DNA of 52,785 nucleotides from Octopus sinensis (Eukaryota): NCBI RefSeq assembly GCF_006345805.1, contig NW_021834611.1, positions 1 to 52,785 of the forward strand, read 5' to 3'. Shown piece by piece: positions 35,398 to 52,785 of this stretch (position 1 is its first letter; each line of letters starts with the position of its first letter). The notes under the pieces were generated by a model. It saw only the letters and a program-made list of their open reading frames with translations, ran no database searches and was not told where the DNA came from. The position numbers and the translations under genes were made by a program.

Positions 35398-36496
35398 CAC
35401 GCACCTAATGATAGACAAATATAGCAGTGAGAGTCATTAATAGAAAAGCATTTTTTTCTTACAAGAAGCAGAAGTCTACAGCTGAAGTTTAGGTAACAAT
35501 TATCTTTTAGCTGTTCTGAAAATCCAAGATTTACCATTTAAACAATTAGTAATATAGCTAATTTAATTGCACCAAAAATACGAATCTAAGTATATATTTT
35601 GATGAAGATGACGCCTTCGAAGCGTTTGTCCGTAAACATTCTCCATACTGTTAACACTGAATGAATGTTCTTACTTCAAGGTTTTCTGACTTCTATATTA
35701 TTATTATTTCTGTTGCAAACAAATATGTAAGGTGTCACTTTGTATCTGACAGAATGTTCTTTGTGAAATGTACACAGTCAAAAGTATTTTTTCTCTATTT
35801 TCTATAACCAAAATCAGGCTTTGCTGCACATTTCACTGCATATTTGATTAACGTGTTGCACCTGCAGTATCTAACACCATACCTGAGTAAACATAATTGT
35901 TTGCTGTTAAACACATGTGTCATTTGATCCATCCGTACACACAAACTTACGCAATCGACCTTTTCTGAAATACAACACTATCTGAAAGAGCATAATATTA
36001 CGTATGAGTTTTAATTAACGGCCTCTCTAATTTCTTTTATCTATTCAGCTACTAATCTCGGCAAGGAAGAACTAGGCAAAGAAATCGATGAACAGGTACT
36101 CCAGGTATACAGCTTATACCAGAGGAATGTTATGCATTGGTACACATACGGCAATTACAAACGGCTTAAGCTCTACCACTACCACCATCATCATTGCCAT
36201 AACATACTCTGTCTATTGCTATTACTTAATCACATACAGCCACAATGAATAATTTAAATGTTTACATACTTGTTAGATTCCAACGGTATTTATACAAAGA
36301 GCTCAGTAGACTTTCTCAGGTGCAAAGTTGAAACTGGTTGATGATGGTTGTGTAGTGTTAGTTATTCAGTGAACAGCTTCAAACTTTGCTTGCTCCAGCT
36401 GTCGTTTCCTTTGGTTTTTCTGAATTTGCACTCCTTTCCTTTTTCTTTTTATATTTACACACATATCCGCGCTCGCGCATTCATTTAAAGATACAC

Positions 36497-36556
<60 letters not shown>

Positions 36557-36831
36557 GTATACATATACGTTTGTGTATGTGTCTGTGTGTGTCTACTCTT
36601 TATGCACCTTAAAACCATCATAGCATCTGATGTGGCTTTTTCACCCAGACAATGTTTTGAAAAGACACTCACATAGATTACATATCCGATTTGGCCCACC
36701 AAGAGCTGAAGACAAGTTTGTATGTATGTATGTATGTATGTATGTATGTATGTATGTATGTATGTATGGATGGATGGATGGATCATTGGATAGATGGATG
36801 TACATGTATATATATATATATATATGTATAC

Positions 36832-36882
<51 letters not shown>

Positions 36883-36936
36883 ATATACATATACATCCAT
36901 CCATACATACATACAAATATTATATATATACGTATG

Positions 36937-36968
<32 letters not shown>

Positions 36969-37002
36969 AAGTTAAAATTAAAATTAAGAACAATATAAAT
37001 AA

Positions 37003-37170
<168 letters not shown>

Positions 37171-37776
37171 ATATAGCAACAGCATGATTTATACGATTTG
37201 ATTCAATATTTACAAACTCTTGTTACGCAACAGCTGTGTGAAATAGTGAATAGAAAACATCATTAGAAGCTATATCAAATTTATGTCCCAAGTTACGCCA
37301 ACGTTCGTCTTGGGAGACGTCAAAATTTTGAATTGAAACACGATAATGCTTATATGTTGCATTTTTACACGCCAATATATAAACAGAAGATACAAATATT
37401 ACAGGCATCGCCCCCACACACACACTAACTAAGCATAGACGCACATAGGGATATACGCATGCGCAAATGAAGACACGGACAATAGAAATACAAAATGGCT
37501 GACCGTTAGTAAGGAGAGACACACAATAAGAAAGAAGAAAGCAACGGACCACTGATGCGGTCACAGGAGTGTGACGAAAGAACTCTGGCCGAAATAAGAC
37601 TAAGTTTAAGGTAAAAAATAAATAACACTGAAGCAAAGTAACACCAAATATATAGTGCGTGTGTTTTTATTATTCGATCGGGCAAAATGACCATTTCGAA
37701 ATGCAACAATATCTGTTTCAACACATGATATCACATAAAAATCTTGCACCACATATATATAAACGTAATAATAATA

Positions 37777-37809
<33 letters not shown>

Positions 37810-37873
37810 TAATAATAATAATAATCATAATAATAATAATCATAATAATAATAAAATAATAATAATAATAATG

Positions 37874-37925
<52 letters not shown>

Positions 37926-38038
37926 TAATAATAATAATAATGATAATAATAATAAAATAATAATAATAATAATAATAATAATCATAATAATAATAATCAT
38001 AATAATAATAATAATAATATAATGATAATAATAATAAT

Positions 38039-38089
<51 letters not shown>

Positions 38090-38090
38090 C

Positions 38091-38139
<49 letters not shown>

Positions 38140-38254
38140 TAATAATAATAATAATAATAATGATAATATTGATAATAATAATAATAATAATAATAATATA
38201 ATAATAATAATAATAATATTAATGATAATAATAATAATGATGATAATAATAATA

Positions 38255-38290
<36 letters not shown>

Positions 38291-38389
38291 TAATTATAAT
38301 AATAATAATAATAATAATAATATGATAATAATAATAATAATCATAATAATAATAATCATAATAATAATAAAATAATAATAATAATAATG

Positions 38390-38434
<45 letters not shown>

Positions 38435-38449
38435 TAATAATAATAATAA

Positions 38450-39030
38450 AAAATCCAAAGTTGGAACCTACATACATTGGAAGCTATGCCAACATTATGG
38501 AATAACAACAGCAAAAAGATGGTATAGGCACACACCAGAAAAGGTCACAGAAAACGAGAAAGCAACCATACTCTGGGATATGCCGATACACACAGATAGA
38601 GAAATTAAGGCCAACAGACCAGATATAGTTGTCAGAGATCATGAAGAAAAAAAATGCTTTCTAATTGATGTATCAATACCGGCAGATGACAACGTGTCTC
38701 TAAAAGAAATGGAGAAACTCTCAAAATACAAAGACCTGGAAATAGAGGTAACTAGAATGTGGAACCTGAAAACAGAAACAATTCCTATCATAGTAGGTGC
38801 ATTAGGCATGATAAAAAAATATTCAGACAAATACATAACAAAAACACCAGGACTTACAAACACATATAACATACAGAAAATGGCACTACTAGGCACTGCA
38901 CACATCCTACGCAGAACACTTTCCATACAATAACCATCAGAGCATCACAACAAATCACAGCACATACCCAAGGCACACAGAGCTGCACTCGGTAGTGAAG
39001 TGAAAGCACGCTATAAAAATAAAACTACTG
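38450..39030 (+). mobile_element. 5'-truncated R4/Dong-like LINE 3' end within (TAA)n
   Basis: ORF 38580..38933 has the RLE motif; 3' UTR ends directly in TAA repeats. Confidence 0.87.
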
Positions 39031-39076
39031 AATAATAATAATAATAATAATAATAACAATAATAATAATAATAATA

Positions 39077-39114
<38 letters not shown>

Positions 39115-39154
39115 TTAATGATAATAATAATAATGATAATAATAATAATAATAA

Positions 39155-42100
39155 CCACTTCATAAACTCTCAAAATACAAACCAAAATAAAAACAAATCA
39201 AAATTGGCAACTATGTAACAAATGAAATAATACAAGAATTAAAACCTGATTTTACTGAGTTAAATGAAATTATTCACGCTTCTGCTAGGGCAATTGAAAC
39301 CAGCTGTATGCCCCCGAAGAAACAAAGAAAACCAAACCTGGGAAGAAATTAAACCTGGAGAAGTAAAATTGAAAAAGAGATTGAATTATGAGAGGGGAAA
39401 TATCAATATTAAACGAACTAATATGTGGAAATGATGTAAGATCCAGAACAGGAAGAAAGATGAAGAGAAAATTTGGATCCTCATCAAGAGAAGAACTGAT
39501 ATCAATAAAAGAAACGCTGAAACAAAAAGTCCAAGCAAAAGCCCAAAGAATACGAAGATTTGAGAAGAGAAACAAGTTTTACAAGCAAAATAAGCTGTTC
39601 ACATCCAATGCCAAAAAATTCTACAGAGAAATAGGGAAGGAGAAAGTAACCGTTAAAGACCCCCCTCCCATGGAAGAAGTTCAAAACTTTTGGAAAAGGA
39701 TTTGGAGTGACGAGAAGACGTACAACATAAATGCAGACTGGATTATACAAACAGAAGGGTCCTACCAAAATTTACAACAAGCATGGGAAGACATCACAAT
39801 AGCAGACCTAAGAAAGGCACTCACGAAGGCCCATAATTAGAAATCCCCGGTAAAGATAAGGTGCCGAATTTCTGGCTCGCATCGCTCCCATGCGCACACG
39901 GTAAGCTAGTTCAGCTGCTCAATGGAATTATGAGAGACCCAAAGAAAACACCTGAATGGTTAGCAAGTGGTATTACTTACCTACTCCCAAGAATAACGAA
40001 AGCAAACTTCCAAAAAACTATCGGCCTATAACCTGTTTATCCACCACGTATAAAATCCTAACATCTATCCTGGCGGAGAAAACATATGCATTCATGGAGA
40101 AGAACGATATTTTCCCCATTGAACAAAAAGGGTGCCGCCGAGGCTCATACGGATGCAAAGATCAACTGCTAATTAATCGTATGATCCTTGAGAACTGTCA
40201 CAACAAGCGCAGAAATCTCAGCTCCGCATGGAATGACTATAAAAAAGGCCTTCGACAGTATACCGCATTCGTGGAACTTGAGATCGCTGGACATCTTCAA
40301 AATTTCCCCTGTGATTTCAAGCTTCCTGAAGCACAATATGTCGTTGTGGAATACGAATCTCCAATTATACCACTCTAATGGAGTACTTGCCTCACATAAT
40401 ATAAACATCAACTGTGGCATTTTTCAAGGTGACTCACTTTCACCTCTAATATTCTGCATAGCCCTAATACCCCTTACAAGTGAATTAAACAGAACAGGGT
40501 ATGGGTATAAAATTGTCAATAATAAAATAAGCCATCTATTTTATATGGATGACTTAAAACTCTATGGTAAAGACAATAATGAACTTGAAGGCATATTGCG
40601 CACTGTGAAAGCATTCAGCGATGACATCGGTTTGGAGTTTGGACTTGAGAAGTGTGCCAAGGCCACTTTCCAGAAAGGGAAAGTGAAGACCACAAATTCA
40701 GTCGTGCTAGATGTTGACACAGTCATAAGAGAGCTTGAGCAAGAACAAACATACAAATATTTAGGGATAAATGAAAGCTCTGGTATTCAGCATGCAAGCA
40801 TGAAAGAGAAGATCAGGAAGGAATGTTATAGGAGAGTTCGTGCAGTCCTGAAATATGACCTAAATGCACGTAACAAGGTGTGAGCTATAAATTCCTTAGC
40901 AGTTCCAGTTGTTACTTATAGCTACAATGTGTTGAACTGGAATATGAGTGAAGTAAAGAATATAGATAGGAAAATACGCAAGCTGCTGAGTTGTAATAGG
41001 ATGCACCACCCAAAGGCAGACCTAGATCGCCTTTACCTCCCCAGAGCCCAAGGAGGTCGAAGCCTGATCCAATTTGAACTAGCTTACAAAACAACCACAA
41101 TTGGACTGGCCAAATATCTTGAAATAACGAATGACTGGATGCTAAAGCTCGTGGAAAATCACGAGAGACGAAAGAAGCTTCATTCTATCATAAAGGAAAG
41201 CAAAAAAATTGCTATTGATTTCGTGCAGGATACCCAAACTGAACAACCCGAGGGAAGTACGGCAACTATTGTTGCAAAGAAGGTGAAAATAATGGCAACG
41301 AAAAAAGCGCACGAGCAATTGGCTGATAGGTGGGAGGAGAAACCTCTGCACGGCAAATATGTGACCCGCAGCAAACAAGCTGATGTTGACCAGAAGCAAA
41401 CCCATCAGTGGCTACGGAGCTCAGGGCTAAAAGCAGAGAGTGAAGGTTTCATCCTGGCTGCTCAAGATCAAAGCCTATTAACCCGGAACTACCAGGCCAA
41501 TGTGATGAAAAATGGAGCAGACCCAAAATGCCGATTCTGCAAAGACATGATTGAAACAGTGGACCACCTAATCTCTGGATGTAAGGTTCTCTGGATGTAA
41601 GGTCTTAGCACCAGTGGAGTATAAATTAAGACATGACAGAGTTGGCCAATATCTACACTAGCTAATAAGTCGGCATTACAATATCAAAACTGCCGACAAG
41701 TGGTATAATCACCACCTTGAAGCTGTAACTGAAGGAGAAAATGTAACGATTATGTGGGACTTTCCAGTACATACAGACCGAACCATCAAAGCCAATAAAC
41801 CGGATATTGTGAAAGACCAAAACAATTAAGTTTGCTTATTGATCAACATGAGCATCCCCTGTGATCATAATATCTCGGCGAAAGAGTTTGAGAAGCTCAG
41901 AAAATATAAAGACCTGCTCATTGAAATTGAGAAAATGTGGCATCTCAAGGCGGTTACAATACCAGTGATCGTTGGAGCACTAGGAATGATCAAGAAGGGA
42001 ACCGAAAATTATATGAGAATGATCCCTGGCTTACCATCCCTGCAAGAAGTGCAAAAGATTGTCTTAACTGGTACATCACACGTATTGAGAAGAGCATTGT

Positions 42101-42277
42101 CGATGTGAGAACTATTACTACCCATGTATTTTAATTAAACTTTAAAAAAAATGAACGGACAAGTGAGTTTAGTTAATGGCCTACCAATGTATACTATGTG
42201 TTTCTTTGCCCTAGGAGTCGGGAAGACACTCGGCAAGAAATGGAAGCAAATTTGAAAGAAGAAGAAAAAAAGATAGC
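39155..42277 (+). mobile_element. R4/Dong-like non-LTR retrotransposon (RT, CCHC, RLE), 5'-truncated and frameshifted, flanked by (TAA)n
   Basis: KNYRPITCL, QKGCRRGSYGCKDQL, GIFQGDSLSP, HLFYMDDLKLY, CRFCKDMIETVDHLISGC, EKLRKYKDL. Confidence 0.93.
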
Positions 42278-42879
42278 AATAATAATAATAATAATAATAA
42301 TAGTAAAACTAATAATAATAAATGCTGGAGTCGATTCGTTTGACTAAAATTCTTTGAAGCAATGGTCTAGCATGACTGTAATCTCATGAGTGACAAATTA
42401 AAAGACGCTTCAAACAATTGATAGCAAACATTAAGATGTTCATTACGATCATAAAATTCATCCGAAGGTTATGAAGCTTCATTCGATATTGAAGGTAGTG
42501 AATATTTTGATTTTGCAGGAAGTTTTGTTTGAAATATTTAAGATGTAGCACATAATTGTAACTTAAAGGAGTGTAAAATATGTACTTGGCGATTTGTAAG
42601 CGCAAATCAAAGCTTTTCATTTCATTCTTGCTTTTGTGATCCCTATAATATTATATTTCTTTTAACTGATTTTCTGCTTGTTTCAGTCATTGAAATATAT
42701 AGCACTAATCTCTAGCCTAAAGATTTTTATTCGCTTCTTAACAACCGATTTGTATTAACCAAACAGCAAACAGTAGAAATGCCGGATTTCATCCAAAATT
42801 TACAGACTACAATGACGCACATCCTCCAAACACAATCGAAGAATTCTCAAGGGAAAATTTGAAAAACTTGGTGTGGCTA

Positions 42880-43095
42880 TTAAAATTTACAACAGAACCT
42901 GCGTAAAATGTGGAAGGGTGTGCCTCTCAGTTGGAGGCCTAAAAAGACATGCTAAGAGAGTGCATATGGTGGCACCTGTTTCTCCTGCCAGTAAGCACAG
43001 TTGTCCAGTAAGTAATTAAATGTGTAAAAGCTTGGCTAGGCTTAAAACTCATATAAGGGCATCACATGGCAACAATAATGAATCATTTCAGTAAG
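42880..43095 (+). pseudogene. LINE-type C-terminal fragment with two C2H2 fingers (second degenerate, internal stop)
   Basis: TCVKCGRVCLSVGGLKRHAKRVH...SCPVSN*MCKSLARLKTHIRASH; no splice context found. Confidence 0.55.
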
Positions 43096-43164
43096 TCTTC
43101 TTGCCCATGGCTTTACTCGTGTAACGAAGATGCAGCTGTTATGTATGTATATGTGTGTGTGTGT

Positions 43165-43202
<38 letters not shown>

Positions 43203-43771
43203 TGTGTGTATACATTTCTGTTATTTCGGCCACTAGTCATTTCCCCAACTGCAGCCAACGAATCTAGTCAACACACAAGACAGCTATTATGATCTACCTC
43301 ACAAAAAACCCATCACGTGGACTCTGTTGAGACTCGTAAAAAACAATTATAAACTTTTTTTAATACACTTAACTTTTAAGAAGTTATATCAAAATAAAAA
43401 GTTATATCAAAAATATTTTTGATAAGGTTCGTTTTTTCAAGAAAAACCGAAACATGAAAAATTTCTTAGAAAATTAAAATTTATCTTATATAGTGGCGAT
43501 TTCAAACATCTTTTTTATAAATATATACCCACTCGTATACCACCCACACCTATTATAAATATACATATAGTAAAGGTTGTTTGCCAACATAAAGTGACAG
43601 CTGAATGTTACTATTGTTTAGCCCCAGGAAACATCGTCTTCTGGAGCTGAATAAGATTAACATTCGACTGCTGTGTTTTGTTGGCAATTAACCTTCATTC
43701 TAGAGTACTCTTAGGGAATATCTATTGTTGATAGTTTTGCAAATAGGAATTATCCATTTTATGTATGTATG

Positions 43772-43866
<95 letters not shown>

Positions 43867-44564
43867 ATAGCACGATTTATGCGATGTTAGTTTGTGTAGT
43901 TCATGTACCTAGAACAGCTGTGAGAAATATTAATAAAAAAATTGTAAGTTTAAGCAATATCAAATTTATGTCCTCCGTTACGTCAATGTTCTTCAGTGGG
44001 GACATGAATCTTTTGAATAAAAAAACGACAATGTCTATAAGCTGTTTTTTACACGCCGACGTATACTGATCCCAGAAAATCGCTGCTTCCAAATTGTTGC
44101 TTAAATACATGTTATTCCTGCTCTAGCAGACACATTATCGAAGACATTAAAAACTAATTGCAAAAATAGTTATAAGTTCTAATGCAAATATATAATTGAG
44201 GTAGGAATAAAATTTCAGAAGTATTTTCATTATTGTTTCTTGATAAAGTGGGAAAAGGACAACATTTTTGGAGAACTTACTACAAATATAACGCTGTAAT
44301 ATCCAACAGTAATATTTTCAATTGTTTCTTAGCAACTGATATGCATTAGCCAAAAAACCAAAACTAGAAAAGCTGGAGTGCATCCAAAGAGTAAAGACTA
44401 AAATAATGCATATTCTGCAAATAAAATGGATGGGATGTAAAACGAGAATTTGTACATCCTTAAGGGTATTCTCTCTTTTTGAGGTTCTTCGGCTATACGC
44501 ATGCGCACTGGCAACAAACAAATGAAGCTTATACAGACTCGTTCGACATCTCATCTACTTATTT

Positions 44565-44766
44565 GCTCATTTACTTGTTTCAGTCATTTGACTGCGGCCA
44601 TGCTGGAGTACCGCCTTGAGTCGAGCAAATCGACCCCAGGGCTTATTATTGGAAGCCTACTATTTATTCTATCGGCCACTAAGTTTCGGGGACGTAAACA
44701 CACCACCATCGGTTGCCAAGCGATGCTGTGGGACGGGGGCACAAACACACACAGACACACAGACAC

Positions 44767-44843
<77 letters not shown>

Positions 44844-45020
44844 ACATATATATATACCTACATATATACATATATTCGACGGGCTTCTTTCAGTTTGCGT
44901 CTACTAAATCTACTCACAAGGCCTTGGTCGACCCGAGGCTAAGGTGCCATGCAGTGGGGATGAACCCGGAACCATGTGGTTAGTAAGCAAGCAACTTACC
45001 ACGCAGCCACTCCTGCGCCT
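44565..45020 (-). mobile_element. tRNA-derived SINE with internal (CA)/(TA) microsatellite
   Basis: Minus strand: aggcgcaggagtggctgcgtggtaag...ggttccgggttcatccc (A/B-box-like), then microsatellite, then 3' module ending gcagtcaaatgactgaaacaag. Confidence 0.82.
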
Positions 45021-45475
45021 ATACAAACAACATCATTACCATAACATATTCTGTATATTGTTGTTACTAATTTACATACAGCCACAATGAATAATGTGTT
45101 AGATTTGAACGGTATTTATATAAAGAGTTCGGTGAAATTCCCTTGTGCAAAATTCAGACACGTTGGTGATGGTCATATAGGTGATGTTATCAAGAGAACT
45201 GTTGCAACAATTCTTTGCCCATAGCTTTCATATTCTCATATATATATATATATTATATATATATATATATATTATATATATATAATTATATATATATAAT
45301 AATAATATTAGGGAATAAATCCAAATTTACAGGGAAAAAATCAGATTTAGGATTAAATCCAATTTTATAGTAAAATATTATAAAATATTATTAGAGACAA
45401 AACCACTATTTTGCAAAACAAACAAGGAAAGACTTAATCAATACATAAAATTTTAATAAATAGTCAAAAAAACCG

Positions 45476-45518
45476 CCACTACAATCGTTTCTTGTCTTGA
45501 TCGACAATCTTCAGGTGG
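45476..45518 (-). ncRNA. Minimal type I hammerhead ribozyme motif (left palindrome arm)
   Basis: ccac-CTGAAGA-ttgtc gatcaa gacaa-GAAAC-gatt-GTA-gtgg. Confidence 0.72.
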
Positions 45519-45579
45519 ACTCCAATAAGTCAGTTTCAAATTATGAAGTCTTCATAATTTGAAACTGACTTATTGAAGT

Positions 45580-45622
45580 CCACCTGAAGATTGTCGATCA
45601 AGACAAGAAACGATTGTAGTGG
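45580..45622 (+). ncRNA. Minimal type I hammerhead ribozyme motif (right palindrome arm)
   Basis: ccac-CTGAAGA-ttgtc gatcaa gacaa-GAAAC-gatt-GTA-gtgg; 5-bp stem II, 4-bp stem I, 2-bp stem III. Confidence 0.72.
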
Positions 45623-45709
45623 CGGTTTTTTTGACTATTTATTAAAATTTTATGTATTGATTAAGTCTTTCCTTGTTTGTTTTGCAAAATAGTGGTTTTG
45701 TCTCTAATA

Positions 45710-45757
<48 letters not shown>

Positions 45758-45790
45758 CATATATATTTTATACATATATATATATACATA

Positions 45791-45832
<42 letters not shown>

Positions 45833-45854
45833 TATATATATACATATATATATG

Positions 45855-45899
<45 letters not shown>

Positions 45900-45900
45900 G

Positions 45901-46185
45901 TGGAGGCGCAATGGCCTACTGGTTAGGGCAGCGTACTCGCGGTCGTAGGATCGCGGTTTCGATTCCCAGACCGGGCGTTGTGAGTGCTTATTGAGCGAAA
46001 ACACCTAAAAGCTGCACGATGCTCCGGGAGGGGGGGTGATCCCTGCTGTACTCTTTCACCACTCTTTCTTCTGTTGGCCTGCTCGCTTAGCCAGCGGGGT
46101 CGCGTCATTCGAAGGCTAAAACAATGCGAACGCATTGTGACCAGCGATGTGTAACTACATCTGACGGACTGGACGGTCACGTGAT
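45901..46185 (+). mobile_element. Second tRNA-derived SINE family copy
   Basis: A-box-like TGGCCTACTGG, B-box-like GGTTTCGATTCC, non-tRNA body, (GAT)n tail. Confidence 0.8.
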
Positions 46186-46325
46186 GATGATGATGATGGT
46201 GATATATATATATATATATATATATTGAAATCTGGTCGATTGGAACTTCGAAGCCACAGCATCCCGGAGTCTTGTTTCAAAAGAAACAAGTACAATACGA
46301 ACCGTTCAAAATCTAAGGTTTATTC

Positions 46326-46610
46326 CAGGGTTTCTCAAACGGGGTTCAAATAAGATTTTTGGGGGTCTACGGTAAATTTTCATGGGCCATGAAAAAATGC
46401 TTGAGACCAGTAAGGCTTTTGTGCAATGAATTGGTTATACGTCCAGAATACAAAAAATATTTTAATAATTTTTACACGAGTCCTAATAATATTTAATTAT
46501 AAAATTACAGTAAGATTTTTAAAACGTGGAACGGCTACGGAGACCCCCCACCCGCCCAAGTAAAATAGGAATGAAAGGGGTTCATAGATAAAAAGTGATG
46601 AGAACCCTTG
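46326..46610. mobile_element. hAT-type MITE
   Basis: Termini CAGGGTTTCTCA...TGAGAACCCTTG; 8-bp flanks gtttattc / ttttattc (7/8 TSD). Confidence 0.75.
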
Positions 46611-46921
46611 TTTTATTCATAGAAGCAAAGGAAAAAAAATGATAAGGGACCACTGAATGATTTCGAAGGATTTACTTCATAAAATTTATATCATCTTGTA
46701 AACTGATTTATTGAGAACATATGACATGAAAAGGTTAACCCTTTTGTCACGAGATTTCTGTAGAAAAACATGGTTTTTATTTCGTTTAATTTTGAAAATG
46801 ATTAATAATTTAGTGAAATAACTGTCTTGGAATGTTTTCAGTGACCAAGGACCATCATGAACTCTCAACTGATATCTGCAACATGAACTAGCATAAAACT
46901 TTGATGGAAAATTTTAATTAA

Positions 46922-47173
46922 GACTATCAGTATCCCCCGGCGTTGCTCGGGTTTGTAAGGGAAATAACTATATAAGCATGTTTAGAGAGTCACTTCCCTT
47001 ATATAATAGCAAAACAATGCACTAAAAATGGGAAAAAAATTATGGTAAATTTTCTTTTTAGATCGTAGACTCATCGTAGACGCGCGCTAATACCCAGAAG
47101 GGCTCGATATGAATCACGACTATAAGATACCCGCTTTTGGTTAAACTGCACCGCAAAATGTGGGAGTAGTTAG

Positions 47174-47174
<1 letters not shown>
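46922..47174 (+). mobile_element. Truncated non-autonomous Helitron-like repeat
   Basis: 5' actatcagtatcccccggcgttgctcggg resembles Lep1-type Helitron starts; a related motif occurs at ~14,420-14,440 / ~31,188-31,215. Confidence 0.45.

Positions 47175-52785
<5,611 letters not shown>

Larger units (their letters stand above)
45379..45719. repeat. Near-perfect palindrome (~170-bp arms, 1-nt centre at 45,549)
   Basis: ...ttatgaag-T-cttcataa...; one mismatch seen (45,526 vs mirror 45,572 region). Confidence 0.95.

Noticed and set aside
45901-45975. tRNA-like sequence (also SINE heads at 12,426, 21,640 and 45,020)
   Set aside because: A/B boxes are present but there is no complete cloverleaf or acceptor stem, and each is followed by a SINE body

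Overview
AT-rich, microsatellite-dense eukaryotic DNA. The SINE/LINE content resembles an octopod (coleoid cephalopod) genome, which is my inference from recalled repeat motifs and not a database result. Most of the window is transposon debris: a young CsRn1-like Ty3/Gypsy LTR element, RTE and R4/Dong-like LINEs, Penelope-like remnants, mariner, hAT, Helitron-like fragments and tRNA-derived SINEs. These sit within two large inverted duplications, A (1-~15,310) vs A' (~29,350-39,364) and B (~19,187-27,486) vs B' (47,174-52,785). The main discovery is a three-coding-exon gene in each A arm that the ORF track does not show as a gene (it contains only exons 2 and 3 of the second copy and exon 2 of the first, inside unspliced ORFs). 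Each encodes a secreted prepropeptide (signal peptide, pro-region, KR, cationic 8-Cys domain with framework C-x4-C-x8-C-x-CC-x4-C-x6-C-x-C). Introns and the signal exon are nearly identical between copies. Exon 3 differs at 33/132 nt (21 of 44 codons nonsynonymous, 3 synonymous-only) with all Cys codons invariant. One copy ends as a soluble peptide and the other carries a GPI-signal-like hydrophobic tail. This is a toxin/defensin-like pattern of accelerated evolution. Several type I hammerhead ribozyme motifs, typical of Penelope-like elements and retrozymes, are also present, including a head-to-head pair in a ~340-bp palindrome. Counts were made by eye, and the boundaries of degenerate repeats are approximate.
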